Of a stretch of DNA of 64,000 bases, positions 52,210 through 64,000 are shown one piece after another (within the stretch, counting starts at the first letter, position 1; every line of letters begins with the position of its first letter). The position numbers and the translations under genes were made by a program. This stretch comes from Octopus vulgaris (Eukaryota): assembly GCA_951406725.2 (NCBI GenBank), contig OX597819.1:112530001-112594000 (forward strand). The letters run 5' to 3'. Below the pieces are notes generated by a model. The model worked only from the letters and a program-made list of their open reading frames with translations, was not told where the DNA came from and made no database searches.

Positions 52210-52465
52210 GGAGATGTACTTGCATAGCAAGTAACTTGATCTGACATCGTGTACTAAAACAAAAATAATTATTTCAGCTTTTAAGATATTTGTAAGTTAT
52301 GCAAGAACACACAAAAACTGCACCAAGTTTTGTCAGTGAACAGGTCGCGGTTTCAAACCGACGAAAATATTTTGACACAAACTAAATTTAAATGTTGAAG
52401 TGAAACTGATGGTTTTTGTGTGTTCTTGAATGGCTTACTAACATCTTCCACGCTGCAATTGTTTA
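52210..52465 (+). mobile_element. Second copy of the G3-C8 hammerhead repeat (motif 52331-52377)
   Basis: TGTCA GTGAACA G GTCG..CGAC GAAA ATAT TT TGACA; same leader GAGATGTACTTGCAT.GCAAGT as 47780. Confidence 0.72.
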
Positions 52466-52575
52466 TATATATTACTACCAGATCTGTACATATTTTACAA
52501 CTCAAAATTATTATTATTATTATTTTGTTTTTTGTTTTAAAGTAAAGTCTTATTAAGGAATTATTTTCCTTTCAG

Positions 52576-52633
52576 AGAAGCCCTTGTTGAAACATTCTTC
52601 AGTAGAAAAGCTCTTCCAATGGTAACAGTCAAG
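52576..52633 (+). CDS. KMO: KMO coding exon 8 (EALVETFFSRKALPMVTVK)
   Basis: ttttcctttcAG/GTAAAT; 58 nt, phase 2 to 0; keeps the frame. Confidence 0.92.
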
Positions 52634-52997
52634 GTAAATATGAGGAGTTATCCCCCCTCGCATTTTTTTTTTTTTTAGTTCAGCATTATGATTTTCAGAC
52701 GCTGTTTAACTCCATGCTCACCTTGACTGAGAAACCAAAAGCATTCCAGCCGTGACCAACTTTATCTTGGTAATGCATCAAACAACAATTTAACCCCAAG
52801 TCACTCTTGATCGAGTAGTCCTATGATCAAAAACAGTTCCAGCTGTGACCATCTCGTCTTGGCATTGATTTCTGGAATGTGCGACTGATATTTCTAGCAG
52901 GTTGAGCGCTATCTCCTCATTTTTGTTGTTTAACACTGATGACCAAGATCAAAGATATTCTAGGCGTGACCATCCAATCTATTTAATTTTTAGATAT

Positions 52998-53545
52998 ACA
53001 GGATGTCCCGAAATTAAGGCAACCGAAGTTTCGGGCTTTAATAACTATCAATAAATGTGATAAGATATGAAACTTATACATCATTATAAAAGTTTAGTGT
53101 GTCTTCTTTTTATTTCAGACTAAATAAATCCAGATTTATAAATTAGATAATGGCTATAGACCAAAATACAATCATAACTTTTTACAAAGGAAGCGAAAGT
53201 AATACATCTATAGCAAAACAACTTTAAATTAACCGAAGAACAGTCTGGAAAATTGTCAAGAAATTTCAAGAGACTGGTTCCATTGCTGAACGACCTGGAC
53301 GTGGCCGAAAAAAGAATATGCAGACCCCTCAGCTTATCAAAAGTATCGAAAAATAAGATACAGTGAAATCCTCGATGTTCCGCCAGAAAACTGGCTACCA
53401 CAGCAAAAATAAGCCGAACATCGATGTATCGAGTGCTGAAGGAGGATCTCAGGATCCACCCCTACAAGACGATCTGCTGTCATGAGCTCATGCAAATTTA
53501 TAAGGCCATGAGACTGGAGAGGATTCGTCTTATCCTGCGTCACAT
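52998..53545 (+). mobile_element. 5' half of a Tc1/mariner-superfamily element
   Basis: TA|CAGGATGTCCCG terminus; HTH remnant INRRTVWKIVKKFQETGSIAERPGRGRK...SARKLA..KISRTSMYRVLKEDLRIHPYK. Confidence 0.7.
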
Positions 53546-54169
53546 TGCTGAAAGCACGCTGCTCAACCAGGTGGTCACTCCAGGATACTGAAATTTCCAG
53601 ATACTATATCTCGGGACTCAGGACTGGATATTAGAGATCTGAACACAGCAATGCAGGACCGTGTAGTGTGGAAAGAGGTTGTCAATGGGGTTCCGATCAA
53701 CCATAAGTTGGTCGGAGGATGATGATGATGAGTAACATTATTAATTCTAAGAATGGTTGTAGAAATGAAATTATAGCAGCTATGGAAAGTTAGTTTGGGT
53801 GTAGAAAATGTTTAAAGAGCTGTTACCTGTTGTGGATCTTTAGGTTGTTTGTTTCAGTTAATGGTATACTGGGTAGTTATAGTGGTGTGTTCACCTTTCA
53901 ATTGGTACTGTGATTTGATTAACGATTTTTGTGACGAAATGGAGCAGGATTTGTCTCAGGTTTTTTGGCAAAGAGGGAGTATAGGATGATGATAGCGACG
54001 ACAACGACGACGATGATGACGACAATGATGATGATGATGACGACGACACATGAGGTGTGTTGACATGTATGTGCATTCTGAGTAGGTTTCCTAATGCTGC
54101 TACTGCTACCGATGAAGATGATGAGGACGACATCTTAATCTCTTTCTTTCTTTGATTCTTTGATTCTAG

Positions 54170-54301
<132 letters not shown>

Positions 54302-54443
54302 TGACAGGGTAAGGAGCCGAGTCGCCCAACTCGTAGATTGCGAGTTCATATTTCACATTACACATTTGCCTAACACTTTACCACTCCTGTCTCCGTTCAT
54401 AGTTTCTCCTGCAGAAGTTGATTAACCTTCGCATGCTCAAATA

Positions 54444-55323
54444 CACTGGTTCTCAATCGGGGTCGATTTGACACCTGAGGTCTTTATAAGAGTTTTGGAG
54501 GTCCACGCACGCAAAATAATAAACTGGGGATGCAGAGTTCGTTTTATATGTATTGGGCTGTCCGGAAAGTTCGTGCCGATTTATAGTAGCTTACCTTTTG
54601 ACATATTTTAGAACATAGTTCAGTCTATAAAATAGCATTTGACTGCACCTCCATTTAGAGCACAGTTTAAGCTATCTTTTCGTGGAAGAAGGTTTATGCT
54701 CTTATAACCTGTTTTAATTCTGTAACCTTTTAAAATGGAAGATAAGAAAGTTCATTTTCGGCACTTGATGCTTTGGGAACCAGACAAAAATTGCTGCAGC
54801 TCGGATGGGATGTGTTACCCCAGTCTCTATATTCACCTGATATTGCTCCTTCGGATTTCCACTTATTCAGGTCTCTGCAGAATAGTCTTAATGGTAAAAA
54901 TTTCAATTCCTTGATGACGTAAAAAGATACCTTGATGAATTCTTTGCCATGAAGCTACCTCAATTCTGGGAAGAGGGTATTTTCAAGTTAACGGAAAGAT
55001 GGAGACGCATTGTGCAATAAAATGGTTAATATTTGGTTGATTAAAAATGTAATGGCAAGTATTTATTGACCTTTTTCTTTCTTTTAAAAATCAGCACGAA
55101 GTTTCCGGACAACCCAATATTTATTGGAAGAAACAGCTAGGATTCTTTCTCTAACATTTTACGTAGTTCAGCGTACACAAGTTTAATGTGTGAAAAACAC
55201 AATAGGAATCTTGAATGAAGTATCTATAAAACTAGTTTTTAAACACCGAGTGGCAGTGGGGTTCCACCGGAGTAGAATAGTAATCAAAAGGATCCATAGA
55301 TAAAGAATGGTCGAGAACCCCCG
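54444..55323. mobile_element. hAT-type MITE hosting a nested mariner
   Basis: Degenerate TIRs CACTGGTTCTCAATC / GGTCGAGAACCCCCG. Confidence 0.55.
54553..55117 (+). mobile_element. Internally deleted mariner
   Basis: About 30-bp TIRs TTGGGCTGTCCGGAAAGTTCGTGCCGATTT with TA TSD; MEDKKVHFRHLMLWE joined to LGWDVLPQSLYSPDIAPSDFHLFRSLQN. Confidence 0.9.
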
Positions 55324-55720
55324 TGGTAGCTGAACATCAAGTACGCCAGCACTTGATGTGGAATGAAACGATTCTGCACACTAGTTACGTTCACTCACAT
55401 TCTTGATGCAATTCTTCCATGAACAGAGACAAAGAAAATAAGTTGCTATTTCCAGCAAATCGAGCGATTACCAAGAGACTATTTAAACAAAATATTAATG
55501 CAAAAATAAGTGTTGTGCAAAAGAGAATGCAGAAAGTTTGCATCCACTGAAGAAACGAACCCGTGTCTCATTAGCTTGGGTGGGCATTTCTTTCGCGTAA
55601 CTCGCCCCTAAAAGTTTCTTAGAATTCTCCATTTTTATATTTACTTATTTTGTTGGTTTAAGAGACAAACAAATCGAAGAAATAAAACGATATACATATT
55701 TCACTTATTATATTTGACAG

Positions 55721-55778
55721 GGATTTGAAGACTGTATTGTCATGAGTCAGTTCCTTGACGAATATAACAATAATTTCG
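55721..55778 (+). CDS. KMO: KMO coding exon 10 (GFEDCIVMSQFLDEYNNNF)
   Basis: GFEDC motif; tttgacAG/GTAAGT; 58 nt, phase 0 to 1. Confidence 0.95.
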
Positions 55779-58700
55779 GTAAGTTCTCTTTTCTTTATAT
55801 AACCGACATACCATATTTTCTCATTCATTATCACCTTTGAAAGAGTAAATTCTAAATACAAAAGTTAAAATTCAGGGGAGGTAACTCAGGTTCGACTATT
55901 TCTTACATCAAGCATAAATAAATACATCTATCATCGTTTATCACAGATTCATTCATCAATGATCCGGAATAACACGGCACGATCAATTGTGAACCATGTT
56001 ACGCTAATCCTGAATTAATCTGTGATAACACGGGTCAGCAATCAGTCAAAGATTCTACTTGCTAAGATATATTTCAGTTATTTATTTATTGTTTACAAAT
56101 CATATGTTATTAAATTTTATTCTAAACATTTTTTTCCAAGCACGAAATAATATTAATCTGTTTAAAAACTGCCAGAGGTTTATTTGGGTAAGTTAGTGGT
56201 GGTGATGGTGGTGGGGACAACTTGGAATCTCGGAACCAAACCTAATATTCCCATGTGTTCAATTATTTTATTTATGATGGTGTTGGTTGTTGTTTTTTTC
56301 TTTTACCAAACCCCCGTGATAAACGAAGATAGATGTATTCTGTTGTGCATTTCTGTTATCATTCCTTCAAGGCGATATATTGAATTATAAAATACTTTGG
56401 TGCCTCTGTTATATCTAATTTGCTTCTTCATTACTTTAGTTGCAAGTTTGCAATCTCAGTGACTATTCAAGTTAAGATATATATAAATTCTATTTTATCA
56501 AAGAAACAATATTTTCCCATTTTTTAAATGAGTTATTTTAATACTATTTAGGCGATCTCATCCCATTTAACTTACCATGTACTAGGTGAGTTATGAATGA
56601 TAGGAAAAACGAAATAACTTCCACCAAAATCGAACAGAAATGTTCGCATATAATGCACTATTTTTTCAAACATGGCTGACAACAAAACTAGTTGATAGTA
56701 TAAAATGCATTGGAATATTGATCTCAAATTTTGGCACAAAGGCAGCAAGTTCGGGGTGGGGGGCTAATAGATTACACCGGCTCTAGTACTCAACTGGTAC
56801 TTGTTTTATCGGCCCTAAGAGGATGAAAGGCAAAGTCGACCTCGACGGAATTTGAACTCGGAACGTAAAGACAGACGAATTGCTGCTAAACATTTTGTCC
56901 ACTGCGTTAACAATTCTGCCAGCTCTTCACCTTACTTCGCTAATATAAATCTTTTATACTATAGGCACAGTGCCTGAAATTAGGAGGACGAGGCAGTCGG
57001 TTACATCGACCCCAGTACTCAAACTAGGACTTATGTTATCGACCCTGAAAGGATGAAAGGCAAAGACGACCTCGTCGGAATTTGAATTCATCCACTAGGC
57101 TACAATGAGTTAACAACTCTGCCATTGCGCCGCCTTATTTCGCTGTATAAATATAAAATAAATCTCAGTCGGTTTTGACGATATGTATTCAATTGTTTTG
57201 CGCCGCCTTATTTCGCTCTCTTTACTCTTTTGCTTGTTTTACTCATTTGATTGCGGCCATGCTGGAGCACCGCCTTTATTCGAGCAAATCGACCCCAGGA
57301 CTTATTCTCTGTAAGCCTAGTACTTATCCTGTCGGTCTCTTTTGCCGAACTGCTAAGTTACAGGGACATAAACACACCAGCATCGGTTGTCAAGCAATGT
57401 TGGAGGGACAAGCACAGACACACAAACATATACACACACATATATATAAGCATATTAAAAGGGCTCTTTGGTAGTGAAAAGGTTAGGAACTACTGATGTA
57501 GACCATCACCATTATAATCTGACTCAGTTTTATATTCGGGTTTTGACTGAGTCCAAGGGCGATAACTGAGATATCTTGATACCGTTGACACTTAAAATAT
57601 AGATTCAATTCCTGTTCAGAACTGTTTATTCTCTTCTTCCTCCAATTCACTTATTTACTCATGCGGCAAAATATGACACAAAGAAATCATTTTACCCATA
57701 ATTCACTATTTTATTTATTTAAAGAGTGGAAGCGAGTGACTTAGTAGTCAGGATGTTGGACGTATGATCGTAAGATTGTGGTTTCGATTTCTGGAGTGGG
57801 CGACGCGTTGTTCTTGAGCAAAACACTTCATTTCACGTTGTTCCAGTCCACTCATTGGGCAAAAATGAGTAATCCTGCGACGAACCGGCGTCCCGTCCAG
57901 GTGAGAATATATATACGCCATGGAAACCAGTAAACCTGCCTTATGACTCGGGGAAGATATTGGATGTTTTTTTTATGGATCTTTTCACTTTAACCGGCAG
58001 ATTTAAAAAATGATTTTTTGTAACTAAACACTTTTAAACTTCGTATACTGATAGAATGTGTCACATAAAACATCTTTTTCTTTTGGCGTTCTTGAGAAAA
58101 TTGTGTAGTTTGTAAGCTATTTGTTGTTAAATTTCTCGTATTTCGGCAATTTCAACCAATCAATGACATCTATTGAGGTGAATACAATTTTGGTTTTAAA
58201 AAGATTATTATTTAGAGTGATGGTAAGGACACCTGGCGTGCAGAGGCGTTAGATCGTTGGACAAAATTCTTTATGGCATTTCTTCCGACTCTTTACGTTC
58301 TGGGTTCAAATCACACTGAGGTTAATTTTGTCTTTCCTTAAATGTATTGTGTAGGCCAATCACTATTTAGAGAATCAAAGAGTCTTGTGGCCATACTGGG
58401 GCACCACCTTCAAGAATCAATCCTAGTACTTGGTCTATTGCTTTCTTTTGCCAAAACACTATGTCACAGGGACGTAAACACACTAACAAAGCGGTAGTGA
58501 GGAACAAAGTTATACACATACATACGACGGGCTTCTTTCAGTTTCCATCTACCCAAATCTACTCACAAGGTTTTGGTCGGCCAAAAGGGTGTAATAAAAG
58601 TTGCTTGCCCAAAGTGCCATGCTGTGAAACTGAACCCAGAACCATGTAGTTGGGAAGCAAACTTCTTACCACACAGCCACGCCTGTGCTTACCAAAATAC

Positions 58701-59212
58701 CTATTTCTTTACTACCCACAAGTTGCTAAACACAGAAGGGACAAACAAGGACAGACAAAGGGATTAAGTCGATTATATCGACCCCAGTGTGTAACTGCTA
58801 CTTATTTAATTGACCCTGAAAGAATAAAAGGCAAAGTCGACCTCGGAGGAATATGAACTCAGAACGTAACGGCAGACGAAATACCGCTAAGCATTTCACC
58901 CGGCATGCTAACGATTTTGCCAACTCACCGCTCCACAGTTAAGATACATTGGATTATGTTATACAAAAACTACAGGGCTGTCACGATCAGAATGTCTTTG
59001 TCGTTCAAGGCCAACATGAACAACTTTATTAGCTTCAGACGAAAACAAGAGCAGAACTGACACGTTGAAATAATAATTAACATTAAAGAGTTATCTTAAC
59101 TATTGTTTTCCTCAACAAATGTCGTCCCTGAGCCTTTTGAAAGGGTTTATGTATTTGTCCTTACTAAACAATATCACTTCTACATTTTCTTTTTCTTCTT
59201 AAATCTTTGCAG

Positions 59213-59295
59213 AAGAAGCGTTACCAAAATACACTGAGTTTCGACATGTTGATGCTGTGTCCATTTGTGATTTAGCCATGTATAATTATGTTGAG
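59213..59295 (+). CDS. KMO: KMO coding exon 11 (EEALPKYTEFRHVDAVSICDLAMYNYVE)
   Basis: ICDLAMYNYVE motif; ctttgcAG/GTAAGT; 83 nt, phase 1 to 0. Confidence 0.95.
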
Positions 59296-60320
59296 GTAAG
59301 TCTGTTTCATCACTCCTCTACCTTTTGATGCTCTTTCTCTCTCCCTCTCTCCTTCTCTCCTCTCAAATATAGTTGTATGTACCACGTGATCATAGCCTTA
59401 TGTCCTTTTATATTTTATAAGAAAACATTCCAAATGATCGAACTTAGTCATATGCACTGTGGAGACAGTTATATGTCCAAATGGAGTTGTATGTCCTAGC
59501 ATAATTATACGTCACATGTGAACATTATTCCACGTTCGTGTGTACAGAGAAACACTTAAATATGATGTATACATCACCGTGGTGCAAGGCCAGCAATTTG
59601 GTGGTGGTGCTGCTGTAAGTCGATTACATCATCCCCAGCACTCAGTTGCTGCTTATTTTATCGACCCCGAAAGGATGAAAAGCAAAGTCGACCTCGGCGG
59701 AATTTGAACTAAGAATGTAAAGACGGATGAAATGCCGCTAAGCAGCGACGATTCTGGCAGCTCACCGCCTTATATAATATTAAATATTAGTTTGTCTGTC
59801 TTCATGCTCTGAGTTCAAATTCTGCCAAAGTCAACTTTACCTTTCATCCATTCAAGGTTCGATAAATTAAGTACCAGTTGCATACTGGTGTCGTTATAGT
59901 TGGCGAGACCTCTCCCCAAAAATTTCGGGCTTTGTGCCTAGAGTGGAAAAGAATATTAAATATTGGTTTCAAATGTTGGCACAAGGCCAGCAATTTGGGG
60001 TGGGGACGGTGTTTAGTCGGTTACATCGACTCCAGTGCTCGACTAGTTCTTATTTTCTTGACCCTGAAAGGATAAAAGTCAAAGTTGACCTTGGCGGAAT
60101 TTGAACTCAGAATGTAAAAGCAGACGAAAAACCTTTAAGCTTAATGACATGCTTTATGATAATAAATATTAAGATCTAAACTCATACGTTTTGAATATTT
60201 ATTATTCTTTTTAGTTATTTTTTTTTAAAGAATATTTCGCTTTATGTTATAATGATATTTACGAGACCTTTATCCACTTCTCTGATATTGTGTTCTTATA
60301 ATGTTTTTTTTTATGGATAG

Positions 60321-60422
60321 ATGCGGTCTTTGGTGAATTCTAAATTTTTTCTGGTGAGGAAACTTGTGGACAGCTTTCTCAATAAACTGTTCCCCCATCA
60401 CTGGATTCCACTCTACTCAATG
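60321..60422 (+). CDS. KMO: KMO coding exon 12 (MRSLVNSKFFLVRKLVDSFLNKLFPHHWIPLYSM)
   Basis: MR..VN and WIPLYSM motifs; ggatAG/GTAAAA; 102 nt. Confidence 0.95.
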
Positions 60423-60552
60423 GTAAAACTTTTAAATATCTATCTATCTATATCTATATCTATATACTTATATGTGAGTGTGTGTGGGTATACATATGTA
60501 TATATATATATTTATAGATATATGTATGTATGTATATAAATATATATATATA

Positions 60553-60957
60553 TGACTGAAACCAGTACTATGTTTTTTATGATAAAATTATTTTAGTATT
60601 TTCTTCCCTATATATATAGGGAAAATAAGTCAAGGGAGAAAATACTAAAATAGTTTTATCATAAAAAACATTTTAGTACTGGTTTCAGTCATTGAGACTT
60701 TTTCAACTCTAAGAATTCACAACGACCTTGAACCCACGAGAGTAAAAAAGAGAGACAGAGACAGGCAGAAACAAGAAAAATGCCCCTTGTATTTGAATAC
60801 GAGGCAATATTCTTTTAAAAAACTTTTCATGTAATTTTTTCAAAATTTAATTGTTTTCCATACTTAGTATTGAAAAAGTCTGAATGACTGAAACTGGTAC
60901 TGAAATGTTTTTTATGATAAAATTATTTTAACATTTTCTACCTTGACTTTTTTACCT
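60553..60957. mobile_element. Penelope-like inverted/tandem repeat cluster with U3-A8 hammerhead motifs
   Basis: Motifs at 60673-60712 (-) and 60864-60903 (+): TTGAAAA AGTC-T(C/G)AAT-GACT GAAA C(CA/TG)G TA CT; partial third copy at 60553. Confidence 0.7.
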
Positions 60958-61450
60958 TATACATATCAACTCGTGTGTTCCTTTTCATGGCGTTAGGAAG
61001 GGCATCCAGTCGTAGAAAGATTGCCAGATCAGACTGGGCCTGGTGCAGCCTTCTGGCTTCCCAGACCCCAGTTGCACCGTCCAACCCATGCCAGCATGGA
61101 AAGCGGACGCTAAACGATGATGATGATGATGATGATATATATATATATATGTATATATATGTATAATGAATATGATATATTATACATATCTTTAAATATT
61201 ATATTGTATGCACACATTGCGACCATTCCTGACAATTATGCTTCTTCTTCTTCTTCTTCTCTTCTTCATCCTCCTCCTCCTCCTTCTTCTACCATTTATA
61301 AGTACTTTCACTGCTTCTGCTATTTAGCCATAGTCTTTCATGTCCATGTGCCTCAGCTAACATCAGAAGTGAAACCTTGACTCTCAGAAACCAAAGCTGA
61401 TTATAAAAAATTAATTTCTCTATTAATTATATAATTAATTATATTTGCAG

Positions 61451-61510
61451 GTCAGCTTTTCCAGAATTCGTTACCATGAATGTATTGCTAAGAAGAAATG
61501 GCAGGACCAG
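61451..61510 (+). CDS. KMO: KMO coding exon 13 (VSFSRIRYHECIAKKKWQDQ); gene continues past this exon
   Basis: V.FSRIRYHE motif; tttgcAG/GTGAGA; 60 nt; no stop reached. Confidence 0.94.
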
Positions 61511-62374
61511 GTGAGAAAATGCACTTTCATTTCATGCATGCATATACACACATATGCACATATAAATGCATATATATACATATACACATATGCATGCACA
61601 TGCATATACATTCTCACATACATTTGCACATGCTCCAATACATGCACACACACACATATATGCATATGCATGCACACATACGAACAGTTGCACATGTGCA
61701 CATAAATATGCATAAGTAGGTGACATGGTGCATGCACATGCACATTGATGTATACACACATGTACGTTGGTGCACACAGACATGTACACTAATACATGCA
61801 TATATTTACACTGCAGCCAAACATGTACACTGTTGTACACATACACAGATATATGGTGAAGTTCACACACATGCACAAGCATGCATATATATGCACACAG
61901 TCTAACACACAAACATATACAAATACACATGCGCAATCACTATATAAACATTTTTGTATAATCCCATAGTCCTGTATGCACAAAAACTATCAAAAATGAA
62001 ATTTTCCCAAGATGCCATGCACTGGAATTGAACCTTGGAAGTTGTGGTTGAAAAGTAAAGCTCTTAACCATTTCACCATTATGCATATGCATTAAACTAC
62101 ATACAGAAATTACAGACATTAACAAAGACATTGAGTTTTCAACAATGTTGTACATGAAGGCATTTATGGAGACCACGTAAAAAGCACCCACTACACTCTC
62201 GGAGTGGTTGGCATTAGGAAGGGCATCCAGCTGTAGAAAACACTGCCAGATCAGATTGGGGCCTGGTGCAGCCTCCTGGCTTCCCAGACCCCAACCCATG
62301 CCAGCATGATAAACGGACATTAACTGATGACGATAATGATGATGATGATCTACAGACACAGACACATACACACA

Positions 62375-62412
<38 letters not shown>

Positions 62413-64000
62413 TATTCTTTCTTTTTCTTTTCTTTTATTCTTTTACTTGTTTCACTCATTTGACTGCAGCCATGCTGGAGCACCACCTTTAGTTGAGCAA
62501 ATCGACCCCAGAACTTATTCTTTGTAAGCCTAGTACTTATTCTATCGGTCTCTTTTGCCAAACCGCTAAGTTACAGGGATGTAAACACACCAGCATCGGT
62601 TGTCAAGTGATGTTGGGGGGACAAGTACAGACACACAAACATATACACACACATACATATATATATATACTCACATATACGACGGGCTTCTTTCAGTTTC
62701 CATCTACCAAATCCACTCACAAGGATTTGGTCAGCCTGAGGCTATAGTAGAAGACACTTGCCCAAGGTGCCACACAGTGGGACTGAACCCGGAACCATGT
62801 GGTTGGTAAGCAAGCTACTTACACACACACACACACATACACAATTTATCTCAGTGGTTTAGACAGTTTCTATAAAAACTAAAGGAATTTTGCAGTATGC
62901 CAGCTACGATGAGTGGCTGATCAACAGAATAATCAGCTCATGAAATGACATGCTAATGGCTGAGTACTCTGCAGACACACATTCCCTTAAATTAGTTCTC
63001 AGTGGAGGCACAAGACCTAGTGGTTAGAGCACCGAACTCGCAGTCGAGGCATTGCAGGTTAAAACCTTAGACTGGGCAATGTGTGTGTTTATGAGCGAAA
63101 CACCTAAGCTCCACGTGGCTCTGGTAGAAGGTAATGGCGAACTTCTGCTGACTCTTTCGTCAGAACTTTCACTCTTTCCTACTGCATCTTGCAGCTCACC
63201 TACGATGGACAGGCATCCCATCCAGGTGGGGAACCTATACACCATGGAAACTGGGAAACTGGCCCTTATGAGCCAGGCATGGCTTGAAAAGGAACAAACA
63301 ATCTAAACAAATTAGTTCTCAGGGAGATTCACTACCATAGAGAATGTGACAAGGCTGGCCCTTTGAAATACAGGTACTACACATCTTTGGCAAGCTGAAT
63401 GGACTGGAGCAACATGAAATAAAATGTCTTGCAAAAGGACACAATGTACCACCAGGTATTGAACTCAGGACCTTACAATCATGATCCAAGTACCCTAACC
63501 ACTTCTACAGAGCAACTTTCACTCACAAGGTGTTTGCCATTGTGAGACTCTGGTTGAAGTCGTTTGCTATTACTGTACTAAGAGATAGAACTGGAGATTC
63601 TATGGTTGAGGGAGTGAAGCTGCAAAGCACAACAGCTTACTTGTGCCACGTGTAAATATTTGTGAATGGTGTATGTGTGTATTTGAGCAAGTGTTAGTCC
63701 TTTGTCCATTGTTTGTGTGTGTGTGTGTTGGGGGGTGGACAGATTGTGATTTGCATGTGAAATTGTGTTGCACATCTGTTGGTGATTAGCAATGATGATA
63801 ATGATGAAGATGATGACGATGGTGACTATGATGATGATGGCGGCGGCGGCGGTGGTGGTTGTGGTGGTGGTGGTGGTGGTGATGATGAGGAGGATAATGA
63901 ACGTGATGTGGATGAAGATGATGAAGATTATGACAATGATAACGTTGGCAGTGATGACAATGATGAAGCATATGATGACGGTGGTGATGTGATGATGATA

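Noticed and set aside
55544-55630. CTGAAGA near weak inverted repeats; similarly 38647-38720 and 24325-24380
   Set aside because: No properly placed GAAA plus UH and closing stem I; at best very old remnants
63530-63655. Candidate terminal KMO exon (VFAIVRLWLKSFAITVLRD...)
   Set aside because: Weak AAG acceptor, no convincing transmembrane stretch, and it begins with SINE-like CACTCACAAGG sequence

Overview
AT-rich, microsatellite- and repeat-dense eukaryotic DNA. The SINE and microsatellite landscape suggests an octopus/coleoid cephalopod (inference). One host gene spans the window on +: kynurenine 3-monooxygenase (KMO/cinnabar). I read 13 GT-AG coding exons from 1870 to 61510, giving 1260 nt / 420 codons in one continuous frame. 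The last exon (C-terminal membrane anchor and stop) is not seen and probably lies downstream. The introns hold tRNA-derived SINEs, RTE, CR1/L2 and R4/Dong-like LINE fragments, three non-autonomous Helitrons, mariner/Tc1, hAT, piggyBac and CMC (Chapaev-like) fossils, and an internally deleted Ty3/Gypsy element. Nearly all other ORFs in the track are microsatellite artefacts. The main unannotated signal is at least six distinct short repeat families carrying minimal type I hammerhead-ribozyme folds (Penelope-like/retrozyme type). Their cores co-vary at the 3-8 tertiary pair (C-G, G-C, U-A). One sits in a TSD-flanked, more-than-unit-length insert consistent with reverse transcription of a 436-nt circular RNA. 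All folds were read by eye and none is tested.
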